A stretch of 63,282 nt of DNA, the filler included, from Cercozoa sp. M6MM (taxonomy: Eukaryota > Protista > Endomyxa: Ascetosporea), in the NCBI GenBank assembly GCA_040357565.1. It is 11 parts of 11 records of this genome, joined end to end, with 100 filler letters (N's around TTAATTAATTAA, not from the genome) between each part and the next. Parts side by side here need not be neighbours in the genome. Positions count along the whole stretch, not along the records: positions 1 to 23,153 come from JBDODJ010000174.1; 10 more parts are not named here. One strand, written 5' to 3'. The notes below the pieces were generated by a model. The model was not told the DNA's origin. It worked only from the letters and a program-made list of their open reading frames with translations, and did not search any database. Shown one piece after another: positions 1 to 12,781 of the stretch. Made by a program: the position numbers and the translations under genes. How positions within the stretch are numbered: the first letter of the stretch is position 1; each line of letters begins with the position of its first letter.

Positions 1-23
1 CCCTGACCTTCTCGCTTTCACAG

Positions 24-660
24 GTCTGAGGGAACTCGAGGCCAACCTGGCCAGGTGGCAGAAGGAAGTCAAAACGAAGGAAGCTTCCGTCTCCGACTCT
101 ACCGTAATTCTCTCTCGGGGGGGGGGGTAAGGGATAGACTGATGTCTGTGCAGAGCACGGAGGAGTCGTCGCAGGCGTCGTCTCCCTTGGTAAACAGCGA
201 CACCGACGTCGAACTCGACATTGAGATCGACGAGGACGAAGAGAACGAAGAGGAGGAAGCGGACGAGGAAGAGGAAGAGGAGGTGATGGACGAAGTCGGT
301 GTCGAGGACGCCGTCAACAACGCCATCCATGCGCTGGTCGACAGCATCGGCGGCGCCGACAGCAGCACCGTGCGCAGACGACTCAACGTCGACGACACTT
401 CGCACTCATCGACCCCTTGCAAGACGCTCGACTCGCGGGGTGCCCCCCTTGATGCTGACTCACTTGTATGCGAAACTGACTGTTGTGTCTGCACAGACTT
501 GACGTCACTCACGACGCCGCACAAGCTGCCGACCGAAGGCGAAAGGCAAGGACACGACACCGAGGACGACACCGAGGACACGCGGCCATCTCGGCGCATG
601 CGACGCCGATTTGAAACGCTCCGGCAGCGCATCTTTGGCCACCCTGGTACCCTTCTCTGA
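24..660 (+). CDS. 3' exons of an unknown acidic, low-complexity protein (5' end outside window)
   Basis: GT-AG introns at ~104-153 and ~439-497 flank exons with a long D/E tract; stop TGA at 658-660; no domain recognised. Confidence 0.55.
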
Positions 661-922
661 AGGCGTTTCATTCGATGTGTACATTAAATCACGTAGAAGG
701 TGTTTTGGCTAGTTGATGATGATCATGACATTACGCCAAATGGCAAGAACGGAACGGGTTGAATGATCGATCAGATCTGGACGTGCGCTTGATCTCGTTG
801 GCGCTGCAGTCGAATCGTTCCTTCAGTTCCTTTGTTCAATTATTGAGTTTCCGTCAGTGCCATGCCGACGCAAGAGGTGAAGCTGGCTGTTAACGTGAAG
901 CTTGCCACGCGGCAGCGGGCGA

Positions 923-2287
923 TCAGGCACTCGCAGTCTTTACAGCCTTTGGGAGAGACTGAGTGCTTAGAGCCCTTAGGTGGCGTGCTCGAGGAGACAA
1001 GCCACTGATGTTGGCGGCCTTTGTCTTGCACAGTTTGGCCGCCTCTTCCATTCCCGAAGCAAGCTCAAGGAACTCCTCCACGAGTTCCAGGCATCGTTCG
1101 TCAGATTGAAGTCTCCAAGCAGTCATCATTGACTCGTGCCACTCACGCTCAGTGATCAAAAGGTCCCCGTCTTGATCGAGCGAGCGAAACGATTGTGCAG
1201 CGGCGATAACGATGCTATCAAAATCGACATCTTCTTGCGCCGAAGGCGGCGTTGACAGCAACGGGTTTGCCGCCGAAGCACGATGAAAAAGCAAAGTGAG
1301 AGCTTCAATCGATACAATGTCAAGGTAGCCTACAAAAGAGAATATAAAGCTGCACTTTGATACAACATGTGCAATTACTTGAATCAAAAAGAGTGACCTC
1401 GATTGTTCCAGTCAGCAACCTCAAAGCATTTTTGCAGGCCCTCCTTTCGCTTACTGATGGAACTGCGCGACAACGTTGTTTTCCAGGTCGATCTTCTTCG
1501 AACTGAGCAAACATATGAACACGGGTAGCGAAATCTACGAGTGAACACATCAGATCTTTCATTTCAACGCACCTAAGCGCTCAACAAAGCTACGATGCCC
1601 GCGAACCTTGGCTTTCTTCTTTGTTTTGCCCCCAACGATGCTGTGCTTCTGCTGTTGTTGTCTCAACAAGCGGCATGCAACATCGCCGAGTGCGAGTGAG
1701 TCGGCTGTGATACAGGATGGGTTCGACTTTGCGTTGTTTTGTAACATCAAGGCAGCAGCTTTACGTAGTCGCTTTGTCTTGTTCTTTGCCTCTTCTTCTC
1801 TGTGCATCAAACAAGGGTATTCAGCGGATGCCTACTACAAATTATATTGTAGTGTCAACTCACCCAGAAACTATCGTGCTCGAGTGCCGCACAATCTTCT
1901 TTACAGAGGTTTCTTGGTCTTCGCTGACTTCGGTATCATTGTTATACTGTCGTGGCAGCATTGATGGCGACGGATTTCCTGTAACCTGCAGTTGAGGAGA
2001 ACTTGAGCTCGCGGATTGGCGTCCCTTGCCCGTGCGCTTCTTTCGCGATTTCAGCGGCCGAAACATTTCCTGGTCGCTGTTTAGCCGTGGTTCGGGAGCT
2101 ACTTGTTCTTTTCGGAGACTGCTGCCACTAAGAAACTCTTTCAGTCTCAAACGACTCAAAGCAGAAAACAAACGTCAGTTTCTTACACACCCGCAGCAGG
2201 AGGAGAACCGCGAAAAAATGAGCAGCGGGTCGTAGACGCAAGCAGCGTCTGGTCCTTAAAGCGGAGCAACCGTGTGACCAGCTCCAT
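923..2287 (-). CDS. Multi-exon hypothetical protein with one EF-hand-like motif
   Basis: Last exon has FRSLDQDGDLLITEREW (EF-hand loop pattern); upstream exons join through GT-AG introns; probable ATG at 2287. Confidence 0.55.
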
Positions 2288-2397
2288 CACGCGAAATCCA
2301 GGCAGCGTTTCCGCGCTGAACGAAGAAGTGTTATGGTCGGTTGATCACTGATCACTCGATCGAAAGACATGTGTGCTGTACTTTACTGCAGCTTACA

Positions 2398-3000
2398 ATG
2401 GAGCAACCAACCGTAGCGTACAAACTGTGCCCCGTTCAGGACTATGAGCTCGCCCTGCGAGAGGTTCGTTATGTTTTTGTTTTGTTTTTTGGTGTGTTAG
2501 TTTTGCGTCAACAAAAACAGTTGTACATCCTTAAACACTTTCTCACGATGCCATCATTAGGGCAAGTTGCTGCCTGCGCCGGTGGACGAGCGCGACAACT
2601 TCATGCATCTGTCGTGTGCCAAGACTGTATGTTTGTGCACACTCTGAAAATACTGTTGTGTGTTGGTTCAAATGACTTTGAGTCTGCTTAGGCTCGTCGC
2701 ACGTCAGAATTGTACTTTGCCAATGTGGAAGAGCTTGCAATCCTGACGGTTGATTTGGCAAAATTCTCCGAATTTGGCCGAGTTGAGTGGGAGCTCGCTC
2801 CCTCGCGCGGTACTCGTTTCTCTTCGAGAGATGCTTGTATCAATACGCCTGTGTATTTCGGAGCAGGCGTTAAGTTTCCGCACCTGTACTTCCCGGAAGA
2901 AGCCGAAAGTCTCGCTCTTGACATGCGATTCGTCACGCACTGCGACGTTGTGCGCAAGAACGACGATGGCGTGCACTCCATGCCTGACTACATTGAGTAG
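2398..3000 (+). CDS. DUF952 family protein (4 exons)
   Basis: Spliced: MEQPTVAYKLCPVQDYELALRE|GKLLPAPVDERDNFMHLSCAKT|ARRTSELYFANVEELAILTVDLAKFSEFGRVEWELAPSR|GVKFPHLY...; fits DUF952 motifs YK..., D..DGFIH.S, L.W.E....FPHLY. Confidence 0.85.
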
Positions 3001-3353
3001 ACTCGGCAGTCGGGCGGACCGCACTTGGTGAGCTTGGACAGCGATTACGAGAGTTGCCCTCCTCCCCTCTGCCTCCGTAATTAACTCTAGTTTCGACGCA
3101 ACCGCAAGTTATTCTTCACCAGACATCGTACTGTATCCTGTACCTGTCTGGGCTCATCCCTGGGCAGCGAGCCCAAACCTCCTCGCTTGAAGCAGACAAT
3201 CATACTGTACAGTATTTGCTCCGTGGGCGTGCCTAGAGGTGTGTGCCATAGATAGTGCAGCTCATTGCTTTGCAGAGCAACCACTGGGTCGTCCGTTGTT
3301 GCTGATCAGCATATTGGTTTTTTGCTCGTTCCGAGCGGAGCGCTGCGCGTGAC

Positions 3354-6300
3354 ATGGCGTCTCACACTGCCGCTGAACACGTAACATATCGATCGGTTTT
3401 AGCCTCACAGTGCATGTGTTGAGATAAAATTCGGACACAGGCTGTGTCGAAACGCTTGGCTGAGCGGTTGCTGGTGCTGCTCAATGTCGGCAAGGGACTC
3501 AACGTCCGTTTGTACCGAGTGCTTCAAAGCTCACTTCCTGCCGTGCTCGACGAAGGTGTTGACAAGGTAGTCATCGTTGTTAATCGAGCTGTTTTGAGTG
3601 TTTATACGCCCTTTTTTCAAGGTGGTCAAGCATCTGTCGAAACACATGGACGGCCGCGATGTTGAGAAAGTTGCGGGTTTTGAGGTATACTTTGAGTTGG
3701 AACCAATGTGGATCAGTTTGAGACGAGAGTTGTTACAGATTTTCACATCGAAAAGCAGCGATATCTGCGATGCTTTGGTACTTTCCAGTTCCAGTGAGTT
3801 ATTCCCGATCCAGCGAGCAAATGATGCGGCACGCGTAGTTTGAAACGTGGGACACGCTGTGTGCCGTCCTGGATTGGCGTCAGCACGCTCTCGACTTGCT
3901 GTGTACCTAGATATTCAAATAAGGTTTGTTGTGAGAGTATTTCTGTGTTAATCTTAGCCGATGTGAACTCCTGCACCGTGTGGCTTTCGATGGACGAAAA
4001 CGGCGAATTAACGTCGCGAACGCTCACGTTGCTCGCACAGGTGCTGTTTCGTCTTTGTTTCACCTTGTTTGTTTTGCTTTCAACTGTCTCATAACAGGTG
4101 GTTCGCGTCTATCTTCTGCTGGACCGAACGTTGTCACTGTCTGGTATATCCAGTTTGAAGCAGGTTTGCTATATTGGAATGGAGGATCTCCGTGCCCAGT
4201 CACAAGTGCCTCGTGCTACGCGCGTGCACATCGTCTCGTGCACGGCACTGACCCGGCCGAGTACTCTACTCTGTCCGAGTTTCTTACTGCCGTTGATGAC
4301 GGTACTTGAGACGCTTAACCTCTTGTCCTTTCACTTACTGGGGTGTGTACTCATCAGGAGTCGTGCCAAAATTGCAAGAAGACTGCGCTTCCTTTTCCGA
4401 TCGAATTGGCGAGGTAACTTTTCATGTTGCTTTCTATGTGTAGTCAAGTGTGTTTTGGCAGGTGCTCTGCAGTAGCACGGTGGGCGCCTTCTTTAATCAC
4501 GTCGTTGGTTACGGTGCCTTCGGCTGTTGAACTTTTTGTTTTGAAAGTTTTTATTTCTGTTTGGGCAGGTTCCGCACGATACTGCAACTTCGTTCGTCCC
4601 TTAGTACATTTAGCTGTATCCTTTTAGTGGGCTTTTTTGCATGCTGTTCCAGGTGTTGGCCAGGCACCCGCAAGTGGCGCAGTCGCTGCACCGTCCGCCG
4701 GGACATCAGCGACTCATGTTGCTCAACAAACTATGCTACTTGGACCAGATGCAGGAGTGGATTCTTTTTGGTACAGTTGCCTCTCGGCTAACAAGCCAGG
4801 GTATCTTGGATCAAGTTGCTTTCACTTGGTGCTTGTGTGCAGGCTTCCTGGCCTGTCCCAATGTGCTGACTGAACCGGATCCCAATGCCAAAAAGGTACT
4901 CGATTTAGGTTGACCTTTCTCTGTGTGTATTCAATGACATTTGCAGGGTTTCTTTGGTCGCTCAAGCGCACGCAACATCGATTCGACTCAAACTTTCGCT
5001 GCCAATGCTTCGATGTCGTCGCTGAGTGCTGATACGGTCAGTTCTCTTGCTTCTTTTATTGTCAGTAGTATTTGTGAAACTGTGTTCATATAGACAACGA
5101 TGCTCGAGTCGTCGATTCAGACCAGTCAAGCAGCCAATGCTGAAGATGATGGCATGCTCACAGAGGCACTTCCATTGGTGCGTTTGTTCTTCTGTGTGTC
5201 TTTTGTATTGACTGAACAGTGCTCAGGGCGTACGTGCGCGACGTGTGCTCGCTACGACACTCAGGTGCCGGTTATTCAGTTTGAAAGCTTGTGACTTATG
5301 CTAGCTGATGTGTGTAGCGACGTATGGAACCTTCGTTTGTTCCGCGAGGAGCATCTCAACGTACTTCAAGATTTTCGAAAGCATTTTGACAAAAACTGAA
5401 ACTCTTTTGCAGGTGCACCAGATCTACGGCAAGCTCTTTTCGTCGTTTCGAAAGGTAACCATTGCTTTCAGTCAATCTGATCGGAAAGCTCAAAAGTTAA
5501 ACGAAACACAACTCAGGGAAAGGCTCGACTGTCCAAATACAAGGACGAAGTGCTCAAACGTGCCGCTTTGGTGGCTGCCAACGACTCATGGTTTTTTTCG
5601 TTTTGTATATCTTTGGCGTTTCTTGTAATTACTGTTCTTTGACGTGTTTTGACTCAGGGAGAACCACAGTCGAATTCGCGCATGCTTGGTTCGTGTTTTG
5701 TCTGCTTACTCCTGTAACGTTACGCCTCTATACTTTTGGATACAGGCGGACAGTGTCGAGAGTGCACGCATGCTATGTGCCGACTGTCCGGGCGTCGCGG
5801 GTGCCTTTTTGCCTGTCATGCTTTCACTGGTAAGTCGACACGTGTTCTTTTAGTCAAAGTGATCGCGCACATGTTTACTGCAGGTGGCACTGAGTCGCCG
5901 CGAGTTGGACTGGATGTTCCGTCATTTGAACGAGTCGCCGCCACGAAAGCCGCGTCACAAATTTGACACTTCAGTTCGTTTTTTTTTTCAGTTGTTTCTT
6001 GTATTTTGGTATTTTGGTATTCTGGTATTCTCCCAGGTTGAAAGTGTGCTGAACCGCGCGGACGTGGACGACGTGGCAGTGCCGTCGTTCGTGACGAGTG
6101 CCGGTGAGAGCTTTGCGAAGCTGCTGCGCGCGACGTTGCTGCTGCAGGAGGTTCCGCGCGGACTCTGTCGCTCGGTGACCCGTCCCTACATGCGTTCCTT
6201 GGTGGGCAAAGTACTGCGCGATGAGGTACGAACACTTTGTCCATATGTACCTGTCCATATGTACCTGTCCATGCTGATCCAGGTGGAGAAACGCGTGGCG

Positions 6301-9300
6301 CGCCTGCTGTCCGAGGGTCAGGTGGCGCCCTCAATGTCGCTCCTGCTGAAACGACTGGTCGGTGATCTGCGTCGACTCAATCAGGCGGTACCCTTCCGCT
6401 GTCACTTTGCATCCGCGTGGACGATTGTTTGACCCGTGACAGGAGTCCACGGAGCGACCGATGAGTCTGGAGGCACTCCGACTCAACTGGTACCGCACGC
6501 TGGCGGCCTTGTCCTTCTCGACATACACCAACATGGTTCGTTACGCCCCTTTAACCGAGTCTTCCAGGTGCCCAAATGGACCACATGAGTCACATGTTGG
6601 ACCGCTCCAATTTTTGTAGCCAGTGTCTATGCGCGACTTGGTGCGACTGCTGAACCAGGCGATTTTCCACTCGCGTCTGTACGACCGCGCGGACGCCGAG
6701 TTCCGGTATGACACGCGGCCACTGACCACCCTGTCGTTTCTTGACCTACTTAACCTGTATATGTTTATGGTTGTGCAGTCGTCACGCCGACTTGTCCGCA
6801 TGGGCGTTCGAAACAGAGAAAGTCGCGCAAATCGCCAAGGTAACACACTTTCGACTTTTATACCCCCCTTTACCCCCCCCCCCTGTCTGTGTCTATAGTT
6901 TTCGCCGTGGGAGATGCCGCTTTTGCTCACCAAAATTCTTGCCTCGGTCGAGCAGTCACAGGTGCTTTCTTTGTTATACATATGGCTGTATATTCTGTGT
7001 TATATATAATATGTAAATGATGTCTGCAGGTGACACGTGCTGTGCCGCAAGAGGCCGAAGAATTCGCGCTGCGTTTCATGAACTTCGCCAAGGACACTGT
7101 GGCTTTCTTCTCACTCTCTTTTTTCTGTCTGATAATTAATATTGTTCGCAGCTGCTGCCCATGACGGCGGAGGCGATTGTGTCGAAATTCGAAATCGTTG
7201 CGGATTGCGTCGTAAACTTGTTTTTCATGTCGCGTTTGTTGTTATGTTTTCCTTGTCGAGCAGGACAAACTGGAGCACGCTCATTCTCACGAAAGTTTTG
7301 GCGCTACGTTGCTGAAGAAAATGCGCGTATGACACGCTTTTTCTCAATGTTGATTTAAAAGTGATTATTTTGACTTTGGTTAGAACAAGGAGACGAGCGA
7401 AACAGTCGAAGTGTTCGGAGATGAGTCGGTATTTAAGACATCAGTTGTTGCGTCCAGTTGACTGTATTTTGTGGTTTTGCGGCAGGTGTTTGATGCGCGT
7501 CAACGTCCGTTGATTCAACGCATTTCTGCGGTACAGCAGATTTGTTTCTCACACAGCTTTCGCTGATTGAGTGATGGATTGCAGGCGGTCCAAAACATTA
7601 CGACTACGACGCATCTGTGGGTGCGACAGAGGTACCTTTGTGTTCTACTTTCAATACAATCAATGGATGTTTGACTTGCCTTTCAATAGCGATGTCCAAG
7701 TGTTCTACCTGCAAATCAATCTGCCTTCGATGCTCCATGTGCACGTACAGATGCTTTGTTGTTCTCTGTCCATCTGGCACATCAAGGATATCTAGGTCCG
7801 TCAATGGGTGCGCATGCGCTTGCGTCGCATCGGCTCGGCGCTCGATTGCGTCGACACGCAGCGTCGCTTGGAGAACGTAAGCGCTTTTTTAATGTGAACA
7901 AAATTTACTGTGTATTGTTTTTCTCAGCTGTCGCAAGCACTTTTTGCTTTCGGCGACGCCGCTGGCGACTTTGGCGCTCGTGAATTGTGCGTCTTTCCTT
8001 TTGGCTTTTCGGGTTAAGTTGGTCTGTACAGTGCGTTTTTGTGTTCAGGTTGCTTGCGGTGACGCAGAGCGAATTCGCGCAGCGTGGTGAAGACAGTATC
8101 GCTGCTCGTCATGGTGCGTTTCTTTCATCAAATTAAACGTTGACAATTGGACTGAACTGAATTGAACTGGACACGCGCTGTTCTGTGTGCAGTAGCGAAG
8201 CTTGTCGAATTGTGCAGCGAGCCTCTGGCTCAGCACGGTATAGCACGTTCCTTGAAAAATCTGTTTTCCCGATTTGAGTGTCTGCATCGTGTAGGCATCG
8301 TGTTCTCTCGGGCACTGGAGGCCTTTACGTGGCACTCGCTCCTCGGTTCCTTTGCCTGATTTTAACACAAAAGGTACAAATTGTAAAAACTATATGTGCA
8401 GAAGAGAGTGAGTCAAAGGCGAAGATTCTCTCTTCGGCACAAGTCAACAGTTTCGTGACGCTTGGTGCTTTCTTTATTCGCATAAAACTATCAGCTAATT
8501 ATTTTTCTTTTTTCAGGCGGTGTTGATGCCGTCAAGCTGCTGGACGGGTATGTTCTTGAGTATTCGAAACATGTTGATGGAAACGCGAATCGTTGCAGTG
8601 AAATTAAGCCGCAAGTGCTCCGTCGCATCAAGCAGATCGGAGGTAGCACTGACGCAGAGTTGTTTGCACCTTAGTTTTGCCAATACATCGTGCTGTGCAG
8701 ACATCATCCGCGAGAACGCCGGTGTGCTGCGTAGTATGGAGGACGAAGCTTTGTCGCTCGCTTCATCACCAACCACGTCACTCAAGTCTGAGTCTGTCAG
8801 CAGTAACAGCCACATTTTTCTGCTTCGGCGCGGGTACTCAACGTGTATAACTTTCCCGCAGGCTCGTTTGAAACAGAAGAACTGCAGCTGCGCTCTGCCA
8901 TGTCGCAGGCACAGGTACTTACTCTCTGTACTGTAATTAAGGGAGATTACGTCCGTTTGTACCCGCGAGTGTAGTCGCTGCTGCGAATGGACGAGTTGTG
9001 CGAATGTGCCACCGTTTTGGGACAGGTAACACCTTTCGCTTCGTATGTTTCATCTTCTATACAGACGGTACATGCACGTCAACATTTCTTTAGTTGCTCG
9101 CACTGCGCCGTATGGCACACGCTTCACTTGAAAGGCACGTTCAACGCCGTGGTATCTCGTTTCTCCGTTTTTCTTTTTGGTTTCAGTCACCGTCCGCGCG
9201 TATCTGCTCAGGTGCGCCAGAGTTGCTTGCACGTGCTGTTGCGGCTGCTGAGCGTGATGACTGGTGCGTTACAGTGTGTCGTCGAGTTGAACACCCTTGA

Positions 9301-10813
9301 TGTCTTTTGCAGGGGTGCCGGTGCCTCGGTGATTCCACCGCAGCTCGACGATGTGGTAGCGTTGAAAACTCAAACTTAAATTTAGCATTGAACGTTATGT
9401 CTGGTGGAATTCAGGTGCTTCGCGAAGGCTTGCGAAGTCGGTTGCGAAAACTTGCAAATATGCTCGGCAAGGTATATTTTCATTTCACTTTTTGTATTGA
9501 GGGTCAGGATTACTTGTTTTGCCAAAACAGGTGCACAGCGCGTCGGATGTGTGGTTGCGCGAGTGTTTGCGTGAAGCTGGCATCACATCCGACTGGGAAT
9601 ACCTACCGGTACTCATTATGGAAGTACTACGGAACCTAACGCAACTATTTTTCGCAGACACTTTTCGCGGCGAATCCGGCCAGCGCGAGCAAGTTCTGGA
9701 AGAAGGCTCGGTACTTTTTGACTGGTGTTTTTAGTGTTAACGTTGACGTGAGGTTCTGTAGCTACCTCGGCGATGTACGCGCCGTGTCCAACAACGGTAC
9801 AGTTTCTTCTGTGTGCTGGTGTTGTTGGTTACTGCTTTGTTGTGCGTCCAGGTCACTTGCTGGCTGATGCTTTCGTTTCGATTTCGGCCGCACGACATCG
9901 CTGCGTTGTAGTTTGCTGTTTATCTTTTTGTTTAGTGTGCCTTAACTATGATACATGCAGTGTGACGACCTGCTGGAACAACAGAAAACACATCGCGAAT
10001 CTGCGCTCGCACAGGATGGTACATCAACTTTTGAGGTGTGTGCAGCTTTATGCACACTGTGTGCGCACTCTGCAGCTTTCGATCTGAGTCGTCAGCGTGC
10101 GGACGAAGCTGTATGTGCCGATCTGCGTCGTTTTGCAACACAGGTACATTAAACTAGCTGTTTTCTGTGCTTGGACATGCTCGGCTTTGTGTCAGGCGTC
10201 CTACGCGGTGCTGCACGTGATGGCGCAGCAGCGGCGACAAAAGAAGAGTAGACTCACACATGACCGGTGCCTGTGCGTTGTTCACACCGTATGTAATCTT
10301 GATCTCACAGGTGTCTACCGTGGCGTGTCGCCGCTGTGTCTCGCTGTGACATTGGAAGAGTTCTTCCTTGTGGTAGCTTTGCTCGTCCTACCATCGTATA
10401 AAGTTATAAATTTCATGAATGTACCCGACACAGAGTGGTCCCGAGCGCCTGCCTCTTGTGCTCCTGGAACGATGCTTCCCCTACACGGTAGCACTGTGAT
10501 TGAGGTTATGAGTCTACACATCCACTTTAATTTGTGCAGATGCTGCGCGAGGCGTACATCGAGCAGATGGAGCAAAGCGGCGGCGCACGCACGCAAAACA
10601 AAGCCACTGGCGACGACGACGATCAGCAACAGCAACAGCAGACCCAGGGTGCCTTTCTTGTGCTGAACACAGCATGATCCTTTCACCTACCAGACCATTG
10701 CTCTTGTAGACGGGAACGACGAAAATGGTCGCGCGAACGATGCCAACTCAAATTCTCCGAACACAAGCAACACTAGTGCTCCAACAGCGACTGGCGACCA
10801 CATTAGTGTTTAA
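3354..10813 (+). CDS. NCKAP1: Nck-associated protein 1 / NAP1 / Hem family (WAVE regulatory complex subunit), dozens of short introns
   Basis: Exons collinear with NCKAP1: KRLAERLLVLLNVGKGLNVRLYRV, YARAHRLVHGTDPAEY, YLDQMQEWILFG|FLACP, ALSRRELDWMFRH, LEALRLNWYR, LLNQAIFHSRLYD; ATG 3354, TAA 10811-10813. Confidence 0.9.
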
Positions 10814-10877
10814 AGTTGCGAACTAGGGTAGTTTCTCAGCCCCCCTCCCCTCCCCTCCCCACATCTGAACCAACCTT

Positions 10878-11040
10878 GAAGATGTCCTGAGGAACTCCAA
10901 AAGGGGAGTTGGATGGCGCCAATCTAAGCGCAGGGGGGGGGGGGGATAGACTACGGTCATGCACTTGTGACCCACCCCAGGACGAATACAGGGAAACTAC
11001 ATCGCGTTAGTTGATTTCTTCGGAACTCAGTTTACTAAGT
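10878..11040 (+). repeat. Copy of a small degenerate dispersed repeat
   Basis: Shares blocks with inverted copies at ~22922-22994 and ~47575-47632. Confidence 0.6.
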
Positions 11041-11170
11041 TAATATGAATTAATTATTCATATTAATTTAGTACACTAGAAACTTGATTACTACTCGTAA
11101 GTCAACCGAAGTGAAACCGCGGTGACAGTGAGTGCAGGTCAAACTCGACACTGCGCGACAGCCAGGCGGT

Positions 11171-12140
11171 TTACCACGGCGTGACCGGACGCTGCTCGAG
11201 GTAGGCGGCGAGCTTCTCGTTCTGCTTGACCTTGGCGGCAATGGCAATCGCCTTGGCCGGGAAGACCTCATCGGGGAACTTGGCCAGCTGGTCGCGCAGG
11301 TTGAACTGTTGCACAACAAGCATATCCATGATTCAAGTCAAACAGAACAGCCGACAGACATGAAAGAGCAAGGCTTACAATGGCCAGGTCGGCCAGCGAG
11401 ATCGAATCGCCGAACACAAAGTCGGTCTCGACAGTGTCGAGGTACTTTTTCAGGGCGGCCAACGCCTTGGACGTGGCGCCTTCAGTCACCTCGGCCACGG
11501 CCTTCTCCGCTGCATTAAATTTATTTCATAAAATAGCAGACTTCTTCTTTCTTCCGGTCGGAAGGAAACACTTACCACGCTCAGCCTCGGGCGTCGAGAA
11601 CCAGAAGGCGCTGAAGGCGTCAAAAGCCTCGTTCACCTGCAGGAACACCGACGTCGTTCGCGCCTGCTCTTCGAGCGAGTTGCCCAGCAGGTTGAGCGGC
11701 GACTTCTGTGCCAGGTAGACAGCGATGGCAACCGACTGAGCGATCTTGGTGCCGTCCTCGAAGGTGAGAACCGGCAACTACATATGACATTATAGCTTGA
11801 AATTGGATCTCAATGCGTATCGCAGTGGCTCGCATACTAAATTTACTGTACCTGGCCAAACGGCTGCTCCTCCTTCTGGGCAGGCCACGCAGGCACACCG
11901 TCAACGCCTAAGTGTCATGCAGCGGTCACATATTTACATCTTGTGTTGACAACAAACAGGTTGTTTGGCGGGCCTTACCCAGACGCTGGTCAACGTACTC
12001 GACACCGCCCACGGCCAGAATGAGGCGCGACAGCTCGGCACGGCCCTAAAAACACTCGGACTTACTCACAAACCAACTGAATGCTCAGGCTTGCGATGCA
12101 AACACACCTTGCCGTTGAAGTAGGTCAGAGTGAGCGGCAT
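11171..12140 (-). CDS. Glutathione S-transferase (sigma-like)
   Basis: MPLTLTYFNGK|GRAELSRLILAVGGVEYVDQR...PFG|QLPVLTFEDGTKIAQSVAIAVYLA...FVFGDSISLADLAI...YLEQRPVTPW*. Confidence 0.92.
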
Positions 12141-12781
12141 TGTGTGTGGTTGGAGTGGTGTGAGCAAAAGCGATGAAAGCAAGAGTGAAAGAAAGTGAGT
12201 GTGACAGGAAAGAGTGCGACCGCTACTTTTTCTGATTACTTCGGCCGACAGATGGGGGAAGCTTCCAAAGCAATTCAGCGATCATCTCAGCCAACACTGA
12301 GCCGTTTTGTCAGATCAAACTACAGCAAGACCAACGGCCGGGCTGTTCATTAAGTTTAGGTCGGATTGGTTTTGGTCGTTCGGTTCTGATTCGGTCACTG
12401 TATATTTACAACATCATACGATATCAGTAGTACTTGTGTAGTTCAAGTAAGCAAAAGAGGACAGCGACGCAACGCTCGTTTAGTGCTGTACTGAGTCGTG
12501 CTGGGGCACCGTAAAAGGTCATTTGCTCCTTGCTGCACACCAACTTAAAGGGAGGGGAGTCGGGGTCGGGTCGACGTAGAGCATAAAACAGAACATGACA
12601 ATCGACTGTGTTCAGTTGATAGATCGGTATAATTTGCATGAGCATGCAAAAGAACGAAGCAGACAAATGATGCAAGCGTAAGTTTAGTAAAAGCAGCCGA
12701 GCATCAACGAAGCAAACTGCTTCAGTGTCAGTTCGTCTGAAAGCTGCGGTGCCGCATCGCCGAGTCTGCAATGTCATTCAA

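Noticed and set aside
99-671. Ser-rich minus-strand ORF
   Set aside because: Antisense shadow of the acidic coding exon
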